A DNA stretch of 57,746 nt from Burkholderiales bacterium (GCA_040373665.1 JBEICA010000001.1:1-57746), one strand, 5' to 3'. Shown: positions 8,233-17,558, numbered from the stretch's first letter. Numbers and translations are program-made. Notes: generated from the letters alone by a model not told the origin.

Positions 8233-9488
8233 AGCCGGGTGAAGGTCGGCAGGATGGGGCCGCCGATCTCCGTGTGCTGGCGCTCGCCGGTGGGCGTCAC
8301 CGTGAACAGCAGACCGCCGAACTTGGAATCCACGTCGGTGAGGAAGCTCACCAGACGCTCCAGTTCCCACAGCACGTCGCTCGCCTCCAGGGCGATCTCG
8401 CGGGTCTCGCCGGGGCCGATCGGGCTGGCATCGGACAGGACCAGGCCGCCGGGGGCGATGGTGTCGGTGGGTGATCCCGCGAGCACCGCCTTGTCGGCGC
8501 CGGGCGCCTGCCGGTTGATGAAGCGCAGGTTGGCCGTGGTGAACTCCAGCACCTGCAACGGCTCGTTGCCGGTGTTGGTGATCTTCGCCTTGATGCGCAT
8601 GGCGCGGCCCGGCACGTCGTAGGTCGCGTCCAGCACCTTCACCTGGACCGTCGAGGGCTGCGCGGGCAGCGGGTCTACCTTGCTGGTGCCTGCCTGGAGC
8701 GGCACCACGTACGGGTAGCTCTTCCTCGCGTAGGCGTAGCCGCCGAGGGTGAGTCCGATCACGGTGATGCCCAGGGCGATGCCGACCATCAGGTCCCGGC
8801 GGGTCACAAGGAGATCCTCGCGGCCCTTGTTGAGCGCGATCCAGCGCGGGATCAGCAGCGGTCGCACCAGCCAGAAGGCGAGCCAGAAGGCAGCCAGCGC
8901 GAGCCAGACGCCGTACCAGCCGAGGGCCCGTGACACGCCGTAGTCCTCGAGGTTTTCGATGGTCTCGCCGGTCATGGTCTTGACCTCGTGGCGGAAATCG
9001 GCGCGCGCACCCGTGACCTCGATCCAGACCCCCGGGCCCACCAGGGGGCCGGAGCCCTTCACCGAGAGCATCGGGTGGATGTGGTGGCTGCCCGGCACGC
9101 GACCCTTGAGCACCAGCCGGAACTCGTAGTCGCGCCCGAGCTGGAAGTCGGCGAAGGACTGTCGCGCCGGGACGCCGTTGACGTAGCTCTCCACGCGGGT
9201 GATGACGGGGCCCGGCGAGTAGGCCGACATGTACACCGTCTCAGGCAGCGAGACCGCGTCCGGCCAGTCCTGCATCAGGCGGAAACGCCCGGTGATGGTG
9301 AACTCTTCGTTGACCGCGATCTTGGAACGGTCGAACTGCACGTCGTAGAACTGGACCGTGCGGGTGCGCAGGTAGGGCTCCTGGGCACGTTCCCCGTGGG
9401 CGAGGACGTCGAGGGAGGCCAGCAGCGCAAGGCAGGCCAGGGGCAGCAGGGCGAGGCGGCGGAGCGCGCCGCGGAGCATGTTCGTCAT
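8229..9488 (-). CDS. xmoB: Copper membrane monooxygenase subunit B (PmoB/AmoB family)
   Basis: Part of ORF 8229..9605. Start MTNMLRG at 9488 with AGGGGA upstream. Signal peptide then HGERAQEPYLRTRTVQFYD. GSHHIHPM (CuB His ligands). Two TM helices, then a C-terminal cupredoxin-like domain. Confidence 0.9.
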   Translation of the reverse strand: MTNMLRGALRRLALLPLACLALLASLDVLAHGERAQEPYLRTRTVQFYDVQFDRSKIAVNEEFTITGRFRLMQDWPDAVSLPETVYMSAYSPGPVITRVESYVNGVPARQSFADFQLGRDYEFRLVLKGRVPGSHHIHPMLSVKGSGPLVGPGVWIEVTGARADFRHEVKTMTGETIENLEDYGVSRALGWYGVWLALAAFWLAFWLVRPLLIPRWIALNKGREDLLVTRRDLMVGIALGITVIGLTLGGYAYARKSYPYVVPLQAGTSKVDPLPAQPSTVQVKVLDATYDVPGRAMRIKAKITNTGNEPLQVLEFTTANLRFINRQAPGADKAVLAGSPTDTIAPGGLVLSDASPIGPGETREIALEASDVLWELERLVSFLTDVDSKFGGLLFTVTPTGERQHTEIGGPILPTFTRL

Positions 9489-9499
9489 GGTGGTTCCCC

Positions 9500-10354
9500 T
9501 CAACCCGCAGTCTTCTGGTCGACCTTGACGCCCATCATCGCCATCACCTTCCTGTTGTTGGGCAGGAAGGTGGCGCTGGACATGAGCATGCCGAGCTTCC
9601 ACCATCCGTAGTGCATGAACATGCAGATGAAGCCGGAGAACAGCGCGGACACCCAGCTGGCGGAGTCACCGAAGGTGCGCAGGGTGCCGCGTTCGATGAT
9701 GCGGATGTATTCCGGGGTTGCGGAGCGCGGATAGACGTAGCCGATGAGGTCCGCCATCGAGGCCATCATGCCCTGGTGCGCCGCCGGCACGTAGTAGGGG
9801 GCCAGGATGATGTAGTTCGATGGATAGAACAGGAAGGCGAAGGCGAAGCCGCCGAAGATGGCCGTGAACAAGGCGTTGCGGAAGATCAGCAGCATCACGT
9901 CGAGCACGAGGGCCCCCGCGATCATCTGGGCGGGGAGCACCAGGTTGAGCGGGTAGTCGGTCCAGAGCATGAACTGCATCGGCCGGGTGATGGACACGGC
10001 CAGCATCAGGCACACGGCACCCACGGTGGCGCCGATGGGCAGACGGAAGTAGTTCCAGAACACCGCCTGCAGGGCGCCGGGGAACATGATCATCACCACG
10101 GGCATGACCAGCGGCCAGTACTGGCGATCCTTCCAGTCGATGAACATGTCCCAGTCGCCGGCCAGCAGCATGACGTGGAGGTGGATCGCCCCGGTGAACA
10201 GCAGCACCACCGCGATGACCACCAGCAGGTCGAACAGTCGCGAGGTGCGGGCGGCGGCAGGCGACAGGCCGGCGGCCTGGACCACGGGTGAGAAGGAGCC
10301 GGAGACGATGTCGCCGGCGCGGGGCGCAGCGGAGGCACTGTGTGTGGAGTTCAT
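9500..10354 (-). CDS. xmoA: Copper membrane monooxygenase subunit A (PmoA/AmoA family), extended termini
   Basis: Part of ORF 9500..10375. ATG at 10354 is preceded by GAGGAA. Motifs: HLHVMLLAGDWDMFIDWKDRQYWP, TPEYIRIIERGTLRTFG. 284 aa. Confidence 0.9.
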   Translation of the reverse strand: MNSTHSASAAPRAGDIVSGSFSPVVQAAGLSPAAARTSRLFDLLVVIAVVLLFTGAIHLHVMLLAGDWDMFIDWKDRQYWPLVMPVVMIMFPGALQAVFWNYFRLPIGATVGAVCLMLAVSITRPMQFMLWTDYPLNLVLPAQMIAGALVLDVMLLIFRNALFTAIFGGFAFAFLFYPSNYIILAPYYVPAAHQGMMASMADLIGYVYPRSATPEYIRIIERGTLRTFGDSASWVSALFSGFICMFMHYGWWKLGMLMSSATFLPNNRKVMAMMGVKVDQKTAG

Positions 10355-10480
10355 CTGGACATTCCTCGCGTGCACGACCCCACCGGGGCCGGCGCAGTGC
10401 GCCCCGTCGGGTCGTGTCGGTTCGTTCAGGGGCCGGGTCCCGACCTGCAGGCCGGGACACGGGGCAGGGCTGCCGGCGTC

Positions 10481-11263
10481 TCAGGTGGCGGCTTCGCCCT
10501 TGAAGACCTGCGGCAGCAGCTCTCGCATGCGCGCGATGATCTGCATCAGCACGCCGGCCAGGGCGAGGGCGTTCCAGCCCAGCACGACGAAGCCCCAGTG
10601 CAGCGGATGGGAGAAGATCTCCTCGGTCAGCCAGTAGGCGTGGCCCCACTCGTTGTAGCCGAGATTCGGGAGGATGAGGAACGGGCCGACCACCGCGAAC
10701 ACGTGCATCAGGGAGATGCCGCGGCAGAAGGCGGGGATGCGCGTCATGGCGTAGACGAAGCTGCCGACGCCGAACAGCAGGTAGATCGGTATGCAGGCAT
10801 AGAACAGCACGATGTGGCTGGGCGTGATCGGGGTGTCGCGCAGCACGGTCTGGTGCCAGTTGCCATCCCCTTCGGCGAAGAAGCTGCCGGTCCAGTAGAA
10901 GGTGAAGGTGTACACCACGAGCCACATGGTGAGGTAGAAGTAGCGCCGCAGCTCGACCGCCGGGGCGACGTTGTCCATGTCGCGCTCACGGGTGGCGATC
11001 AGGTAGACCTGGACGGCGGCGGCGATGCCGAACAGCACCGGCATCTGGATGTAGAACAACCGCATCCAGACGGCCTCGAAGGCCGGGTCCGTGGAGTCCA
11101 GGCCGACGGTCATGCCGTGGGCCTGCTGGTACATGCGATAACCGACATACACCGCAGAGAGGATCACCAGAGAGACCAGGAACATCGTGTAGTTGAGCCC
11201 GAACTTCTTCGCCTTGGCGGCCGGCGTCGACTGCGCCGGCAGGGCGGCCTGTGCGTTTGCCAT
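10481..11263 (-). CDS. xmoC: Copper membrane monooxygenase subunit C (PmoC/AmoC family)
   Basis: FFAEGDGNWHQTVLRDTPITPSHIVLFY and NEWGHAYWLTEEIFSHPLHWGF, the PmoC metal-site motifs. GAGGAG RBS 8 nt upstream of the ATG. Confidence 0.9.
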   Translation of the reverse strand: MANAQAALPAQSTPAAKAKKFGLNYTMFLVSLVILSAVYVGYRMYQQAHGMTVGLDSTDPAFEAVWMRLFYIQMPVLFGIAAAVQVYLIATRERDMDNVAPAVELRRYFYLTMWLVVYTFTFYWTGSFFAEGDGNWHQTVLRDTPITPSHIVLFYACIPIYLLFGVGSFVYAMTRIPAFCRGISLMHVFAVVGPFLILPNLGYNEWGHAYWLTEEIFSHPLHWGFVVLGWNALALAGVLMQIIARMRELLPQVFKGEAAT

Positions 11264-11676
11264 GCTCGTGTCTCCTCAGGGGGTTGGTGTTGCCGGATCA
11301 GGGATGTGGCGCCGCCGCGTGGCCGGCGCGAACCGGATCGGGCGGGCTGTTGATTCGGACCGATGGAAGGCGGGGCGGGGCGCACTGGCCGATGTCGGAG
11401 CGGGCGCCGGGCCCCGGGAGCCTGCAGGCATGGCGTCGCCTCGCCGCGGATGCGCGGCCGGCGCCGGATGCGGCACCGCGCCGCCCGGACCCGGGCCTGA
11501 ACGACTGTCCTGTGCGACCACCGTTTCCAAATGCCACCCCTCCACGGGCCTGCACCTGCTCGTCGATGCGCGATGCGCTGTTCGACGTGCGATCCGGTCG
11601 GATGCTGTGCCGACAGGTCCCGGTGGCCGCCTTCATCGGGCGGGCGTCGTCCCGGGACGAAATTGCATTGGGAAGC

Positions 11677-11706
11677 AGTCTAGGCCGCGCGTTTTCGGGG
11701 CGTCAA
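11677..11706 (-). promoter_or_regulatory. Candidate sigma70 promoter for xmoC (would give an approximately 400-nt leader)
   Basis: Minus strand reads TTGACG-18 nt-TAGACT, in the only AT-enriched patch of the 640-bp region upstream of xmoC. Identified by motif only. Confidence 0.25.
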
Positions 11707-11901
11707 GCTGCGCTGCAACACAATGGTCCATGGGTCCGTGAGCAACGCGCCCATATGGTGTCTGGAGAAACGACGCGCGGGTCTCCGGGGAGGGGGGGCG
11801 CTGCCCTCGGGCAAAGGCGGCTCTGTTCGCCACGCCCTGCGGTGCGGCAGTGCGCAAAACGGGTGGCGCGCGCCTGTCGGACGGGGCGGCAGCGCACCGA
11901 C

Positions 11902-12738
11902 TCAGTCCCGTCGGTGCGCCACGATCTCGACCGGCTCGATGGCGCCGTCCGCCAGACCACGCGCCACGTTGGCCATGGCAGGCTTCGCCAGCGCCTGGTG
12001 GATGAGCATCACGGAACGGTGCGGGGGCTTCTCACCGCGTTCTGCCATTGCCCGCGAGCGGGCGCCGAACGCGAGGGTGGCCTCGCGCGTGCTGCGCATG
12101 GCCAGCACGTCGAAGCCGGCCTGTTCCAGTCCGCGCCGGGTGTCCTCGGGCGTCGCCAGGAAGCTGGTTGCCTGGGACGAGGCCCACGGCGTCGGGTAGG
12201 ACAGTGTGCCGGTCGCGCCGCGCGCGATCTCGGACAGGATCAGCCAGGCGCCGGGCTTCAGTACGCGGTGGATCGCCGCATACAGGCCGGCCTTGTCGGC
12301 GATGTTCATCGACACGTTCATGGAGTACGCGCCGTCGAAGGTGCCGGGCGGGAAGGGCATGGCGAGCGCGTCGCCGACCTCGAACGTCACGCGGTCCTGG
12401 AGGCCGGTGAGCTGCGTGAGGTGGGCGGCGAGCTCGCAGAATTCGGGTGTGAGGTCGATGCCCGTGACGTGGCAGCCGAAGCGGTCGGCGAAGAAGCGGG
12501 CCGGCCCGCCGATGCCGCTGCCGATGTCCAGCAGGTGGTGGCCCGGCTGCGCCTCGATCAGGGTCGCGAGCTCGAGCGTGGCCTCCAGGCCGCGTCCGTG
12601 GAACTGGTCGTAGGGCGCCAGCGCCTCGAGCGTCGGGTGGTCGGGGTCCGCGCCATCGTCCATCAGCGCCTCGCGCAGGCGGCTGCGCAGGTCCCCGGCG
12701 TGCACGTAGTGGCGGGTGATGTCACGGCTGTCGGTCAT
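11902..12738 (-). CDS. Class I SAM-dependent methyltransferase
   Basis: LLDIGSGIGGPARFFA (motif I), VTFEVGDA, VLKPGAWLIL. Confidence 0.8.
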   Translation of the reverse strand: MTDSRDITRHYVHAGDLRSRLREALMDDGADPDHPTLEALAPYDQFHGRGLEATLELATLIEAQPGHHLLDIGSGIGGPARFFADRFGCHVTGIDLTPEFCELAAHLTQLTGLQDRVTFEVGDALAMPFPPGTFDGAYSMNVSMNIADKAGLYAAIHRVLKPGAWLILSEIARGATGTLSYPTPWASSQATSFLATPEDTRRGLEQAGFDVLAMRSTREATLAFGARSRAMAERGEKPPHRSVMLIHQALAKPAMANVARGLADGAIEPVEIVAHRRD

Positions 12739-12901
12739 GGAGGCGTCTGTCCGGGCGGGGGAAAGATGGGGACAGGCGCGCGGCAGGGCGCGCCGGACCG
12801 CCAGAGCGACCCAATGTATCGGCCGGCCTCCCCCGGGTCAAACCGCACCGATGCCGGGCGGGACCCCACCCTGGAGCCACTCGTGACGCCGGAGGCCGGC
12901 G

Positions 12902-13207
12902 TCAGGCCTTGCCCGGAGGCGGGCCGTAGTAGCCCTTGCGGTCGGTGATCTCGCGCAGCAGGCGCGCGCCCTCGACGACGTGGGCGTGCAGGCCTTCGCC
13001 GCCGCCGTCGATGTGGCGCAGCAGGGCTTCCCGCATGCGCGGATCCCAGTAGGTGCGCAGGTGGTTGCGGATGCCCTCGGCACGTCGCCCCGGGGGATAG
13101 GGGGCGAAGAAGTCACCGATCTGGTTGGCCATGGTGATCATGCGAGACATGGCCAACACCGGCGTGTCCGCGTCGCGCCCGGCGTGGGAGTCGGTCACGG
13201 TGCTCAT
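12902..13207 (-). CDS. fdsD: Formate dehydrogenase delta subunit (FdsD family)
   Basis: MANQIGDFFAPYP...IRNHLRTYWDPRMREALL matches the FdsD pattern. Its ATG overlaps the fdsA stop (ATGA at 13204-13207). Confidence 0.75.
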   Translation of the reverse strand: MSTVTDSHAGRDADTPVLAMSRMITMANQIGDFFAPYPPGRRAEGIRNHLRTYWDPRMREALLRHIDGGGEGLHAHVVEGARLLREITDRKGYYGPPPGKA

Positions 13208-16072
13208 GCGTCCACCGCCTCGGGGGTCGCGCGCTCTGCCGCGGCGCGCCCGGAAGCGGCCTGCCCGACCAGCGAGACTTCCACCGCCGTGACCTTGTAC
13301 TCGGGGCAGTTGGTGGCCCAGTCGGAGAGGTCGGAGGTGACCACGTTCACCCGTGTCTCGGCGTGGTGGAAGGTGGTGTAGACGATGCCCGGATTGACCC
13401 GCGGCGAGATCCTGGCGCGCAGCTGCGTGCGACCGAAACGGCTGGTGACCCAGACTCTGTCACCGTCGCGGATGCCCCGCGTCGCCGCATCCCCGCTGCT
13501 GATCTCGAGCACGTCCTCGGGGTGCCAGCGCGAGTTGGCGGTGCGGCGGGTCTGGGTGCCGACGTTGTATTGGGTGAGGATGCGGCCGGTGGTCAGCAGC
13601 AGTGGCAGCTGGTCCGAGGTGCGTTCCCGCGTGGGCACGTATTCGGTGAGCATGAAGGTGCCGCGGCCATTGGCCCGGGGGAAGCGCTCGGTGTGCAGCA
13701 CCTCGGTACCGTGCGGGGCGCGCTCGTCACAGGGCCACTGCGCCGAGCCGATCTCGTCGAGGAGGGCGAAGCTCAGTCCGCGGTAGGTCGGCGACAGGCG
13801 CGCGATCTCGTCGAGGATCTCGCCGGCGTGCTGGTAGTGAGCGGGGTAGCCCATGGCGTTCATGAGCTTCACCACCACCTCCCAGTCCTGGTAGCCCGCC
13901 AGGGGCTCCACCACCTTGCGCACGCGGTTCACGCGCCGCTCGGCACTGGTGAAGGTGCCGTCCTTCTCCAGCGAGGAACTGCCGGGCAGGAAGACGTGGG
14001 CGTACTTCGCCGTTTCGTTGAGGAACAGGTCGTGGACGATCACGCAGTCCATGGCCTTCAGCGCCTCGATGATGTGGCTCTGGTTCGGGTCGCTCTGCAC
14101 CGGATCCTCGCCCATGATGTACATGCCGCGGAAGTGCCCGGTGAGCGCGGCGTCGAACATGTTGGGCAGGCGCAGGCCGGGTTCCGCGTCCAGCGGCACC
14201 CCCCAGTCCGACTCGAAGCCGGCGCGCACCTCGTTGTCGGTGACGAAGCGGTAGCCGCTGAACACGTGGGGCCAGCTGCCCAGGCAACTGCCGCCCTGGA
14301 CGTTGCCCTGTCCGCGCAGCGGGTTCACCCCCACCCCCTCGCGGCCGAGCATGCCGCAGGCGAGCGACAGGTTGCCCAGGCACATGACGCCGGTCGATCC
14401 CTGGGAGTGCTCGGTCACGCCCAGGCCGTAATAGATGGCGCTGTTGGGCCCGCCGGCGTAGAGCCGCGCGGCACGGCGGATGTCCGCGGGGTCGAGGCCG
14501 GCTTCCGGGCCGATGACCTCGGGGGTGTAGCGGTCCGAGCCGACCAGGTCACGCCAGACCTCGAACTCGTCCCATTCGCAGCGCGCGCGCACGAACGCCT
14601 CGTCGAACAGCCCTTCGCGCACGATGACGTGGGCGATGCTGTCCAGCACGGCGACGTTGGTGCCGGGTCGCAGCGCGAGGTGGACGGAGGCCTCGACGTG
14701 GGGCGAGCGCACGGTCTCCGTGCGGCGCGGGTCGATGACGATGAGCTTCGCCCCCTGCCGGATGCGGCGCTTGAGCAGGGAGCCGAAGACGGGGTGGCCT
14801 TCGGTGGGGTTGGCGCCCACCACCATGATGACGTCGGCCTTCAGGATGGAGTCGAAGTGCTGGCTGGCCGCGCCCCAGCCCACCGTGGCCGACAGGCCGA
14901 ACTGGGTGGGCGAGTGGCAGATGCGGGCACAGTTGTCGACGTTGTTGTTGCCGAACACTGCGCGAGCGAGCTTCTGCACCAGCCAGATCTCCTCGTTGGT
15001 ACACCGTGAACTGGAGATGGCACCGATCGAGCGCACGCCATGGCGCGCCTGAATGTCCTGCAGACGGCGCGCCGCGAAGCGGAACGCCTCGTCCCAGCCC
15101 ACCTCGCGCCACGGCTGGTCGATGCTGTCGCGGACCATGGGGGTGCGAATCCGGTCCGGGTGCTGGTAGTAGTCGAAGGCGAAGCGGCCCTTGATGCAGC
15201 TGTGGCCGTGATTGGCCTTGCCTTCCTTCCAGGGGATCATGCGCACGATGCGGCCGCCGGCGGTCTGCGCCTTGAAGCCGCATCCGACGCCGCAGTAGGC
15301 GCAGGTGGTGACCACGCTGCGATCCGGCTTGATCGGATTAGCCACGCTGGTACTCCGTTTCGAAGAGGCTTTTTTCCACGAGGGCCTGCGTCGGACAGGT
15401 CTGGACGCACGCACCGCAACTGACGCACTCGGACTCGAAGAAGGGTTCGTCCTGTCCCGCCGCCACCTTGGACTCGAAGCCGCGTCCCTGGATGGTCAGG
15501 GCGAAGGTGCCCTGGATCTCCTCGCAGGCGCGGACGCACCGGCTGCAGACGATGCACTTCGCCGGGTCGAACAGGAAATACGGGTTCGACAGGTCCACCG
15601 GGCTGTCGCGGTGGTCCTGCCCGCCGTGGTAGGGATGGCTGTGGACGCCGACCTCGGCCAGCACCTCGTGCAGCTCGCTCCACCCGTCGGGGACATCGCC
15701 TGCAGGGAAATCCGACAGGTAGAGCTCGAGCACGCCCTTGCGCAACCGGGTCAGCGCCTCGGAGCGCGTGCGCACCACCATGCCCTCGGCCACCAGCGTG
15801 GTGCAGCTCGCCGGGTAGCCCCGCATGCCATCGATCTCGACCAGGCAGACGCGGCAGCTCCCGAAGGCCTCCAGCGTGTCGGTCGCGCAGAGCTTCGGCA
15901 CCGACCGCCCGGCGCGCGCGGCTGCCAGCATGATGCTGCTGCCGCGGGGCACGGATACGGGCACGTCGTCCACGGTGAGCTGCACGAGATCGCCCGACCT
16001 CGGCGGTGTTCCGAGGTCCGCGTCGTCGGAGAGGTTGCGCAGCTCTGCCCACATGGTTCGCTTTTCCTGCAT
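13204..16072 (-). CDS. fdsA: NAD-linked formate dehydrogenase alpha subunit (FdsA), frameshifted as assembled (fragments 15338..16072 and 13204..15414)
   Basis: N-terminal fragment carries 2Fe-2S/4Fe-4S motifs (LCATDTLEAFGSCRVCLVEIDG, CIVCSRCVRACEE, CVSCGACVQTCP) and ends at TAA 15338-15340. The second frame continues with VVTTCAYCGVGCGF..., the Mo-bisPGD catalytic domain. Confidence 0.85.
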
Positions 16073-16475
16073 TCAAATCACTCCTGCCGCGGGCGCCCGG
16101 TGCCGGGTCGTGCGGTGGCAGCGCATCCGTCATTGCACGCCGCGGGAGGGGGCGGCTGCCGGAGGGCCGTGGCTCTGGTGGGAGGACGTCGGGCTTGGTG
16201 CGTGACCGGGAACCGGCTCGTCGCTGACGCCTTCCTCGGATGGGGGAGGTTAACCAAGCCCCTCGGAGGAGGAAAATTGTTTTTCCTCTCTGCGGGTATA
16301 GTGATTCTTCTATCCCTCGTTTTCAAGGGGGGACTTCCGGGGAGGCGGTGGCGTGTGAAACCATCGCTCCGGGCGCCGCGGGAAGGTCCTGCGGGCCGTG
16401 CCACCGTGGAAACGGGCCCGGCGGCTGCACGGCTGCCGGAGCGCGGGCCATGCCCTCCCGACAGGCGGAACACTC

Positions 16476-17558
16476 ATGGATACACCAGACTGCCGCGATC
16501 CCTCGGACGAACCGGTGATGCCGCACGGGGGGCAGCGGCGCACGCTGCTGCAGGGTCTCGGTGCCGTTCTCGCGGCCGCCTCCGTGCCCGGGACGCTCCG
16601 GGCGCAGCCGGAACGTCCCCGTGTGCGCCTCGCGGTCGGCGGCAAGGCCACGCTCTATTACCTGCCGCTGACCCTGGCCGAGCGCCTCGGTCATTTCCGG
16701 GACGAGGGCCTGGAGGTGGAGATCAGCGACTTTCCCGGCGGGGGCAAGGCGTTGCAGGCCCTGATCGGCGGCAGCGCCGACGTGGTCTCCGGTGCCTACG
16801 AACACACCATCACCATGCAGACCCTCGCCCAGAAGGTCCAGGCTTTCGTCCTGCAGGGCACCAACCCGGGCCTGGAACTGGGCGTCGTCCGGGCCAGGGC
16901 GGCAGGGTATTCCTGGCCCAAGGATCTCAAGGGCATGCGCATCGGCGTGTCGGCGCCCGGGTCCAGCACTCACATGTTCGTCAACCACCTTCTGGCATCG
17001 GTCGGGCTGACACCGGATGACGTGGCCATCGTTGGTGTCGGCACCGGCGCCTCGGCGGTTGCGGCCGTGCGCGGCGGGCAGATCGATGCCCTGTCCTCGG
17101 TGGAGCCGGTGATCAGCCTTCTGGAGCGCAGCGGCGACATCCGGGTGGTGCACGAGACCATCACCGACGAGGGCACCCGGCGGGTCTTCGGAGGGCGCCT
17201 GCCCGCCGCCACGCTCTATGCCAAGGCGGCCTTCATCCGTGACAACCCGGGCACGGTGCAGGCGCTGGCCAACGCCATGGTGCGCACCCTGGTGTGGCTG
17301 CGCACGGCGAGCACGGAAACCGTCATGAATACGCTGCCGCCCGAGTACCTGCTGGGCGACCGCGGCCTCTACCAGGCCGCCTTCGAGCGCCTGCGCGGCG
17401 GATACTCTCGCGACGGTCTGTTCACCCAGAAGCTGGTGGATGCGAGCTATCAGGTGCTGCTCGCCCACAACACCGCGGTGCGCCGGGCCCCGGTGCTGTT
17501 CCTGAGCCAGACCTGGACCAACGCGTTCGCGGAGCGGGCGCTGGCCCGCTGGTCCTGA
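16476..17558 (+). CDS. ABC transporter periplasmic substrate-binding protein (NMT1/NitT-TauT type), Tat-like signal
   Basis: Part of ORF 16398..17558. QRRTLLQGLGAVLAAASVPG twin-Arg signal. LAVGGKATLYYLPLTLAERLGHFRDEGLEVEISDFPGGGKALQALIGG. The start could instead be 16518. Confidence 0.75.
   Translation: MDTPDCRDPSDEPVMPHGGQRRTLLQGLGAVLAAASVPGTLRAQPERPRVRLAVGGKATLYYLPLTLAERLGHFRDEGLEVEISDFPGGGKALQALIGGSADVVSGAYEHTITMQTLAQKVQAFVLQGTNPGLELGVVRARAAGYSWPKDLKGMRIGVSAPGSSTHMFVNHLLASVGLTPDDVAIVGVGTGASAVAAVRGGQIDALSSVEPVISLLERSGDIRVVHETITDEGTRRVFGGRLPAATLYAKAAFIRDNPGTVQALANAMVRTLVWLRTASTETVMNTLPPEYLLGDRGLYQAAFERLRGGYSRDGLFTQKLVDASYQVLLAHNTAVRRAPVLFLSQTWTNAFAERALARWS

Noticed and set aside
3844-11263. 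The idea that the xmo/cop operon sits on a mobile genomic island
   Set aside because: No integrase, transposase, tRNA gene or flanking direct repeats are visible. Base composition looks the same as the rest of the window by eye. Horizontal origin cannot be assessed from this window.
11251-12948. 565-aa plus-strand ORF covering the xmoC upstream region and the methyltransferase locus
   Set aside because: Its 3' half is antisense to the SAM methyltransferase. Its 5' half has no coding-like composition. I treat 11264-11901 as non-coding.
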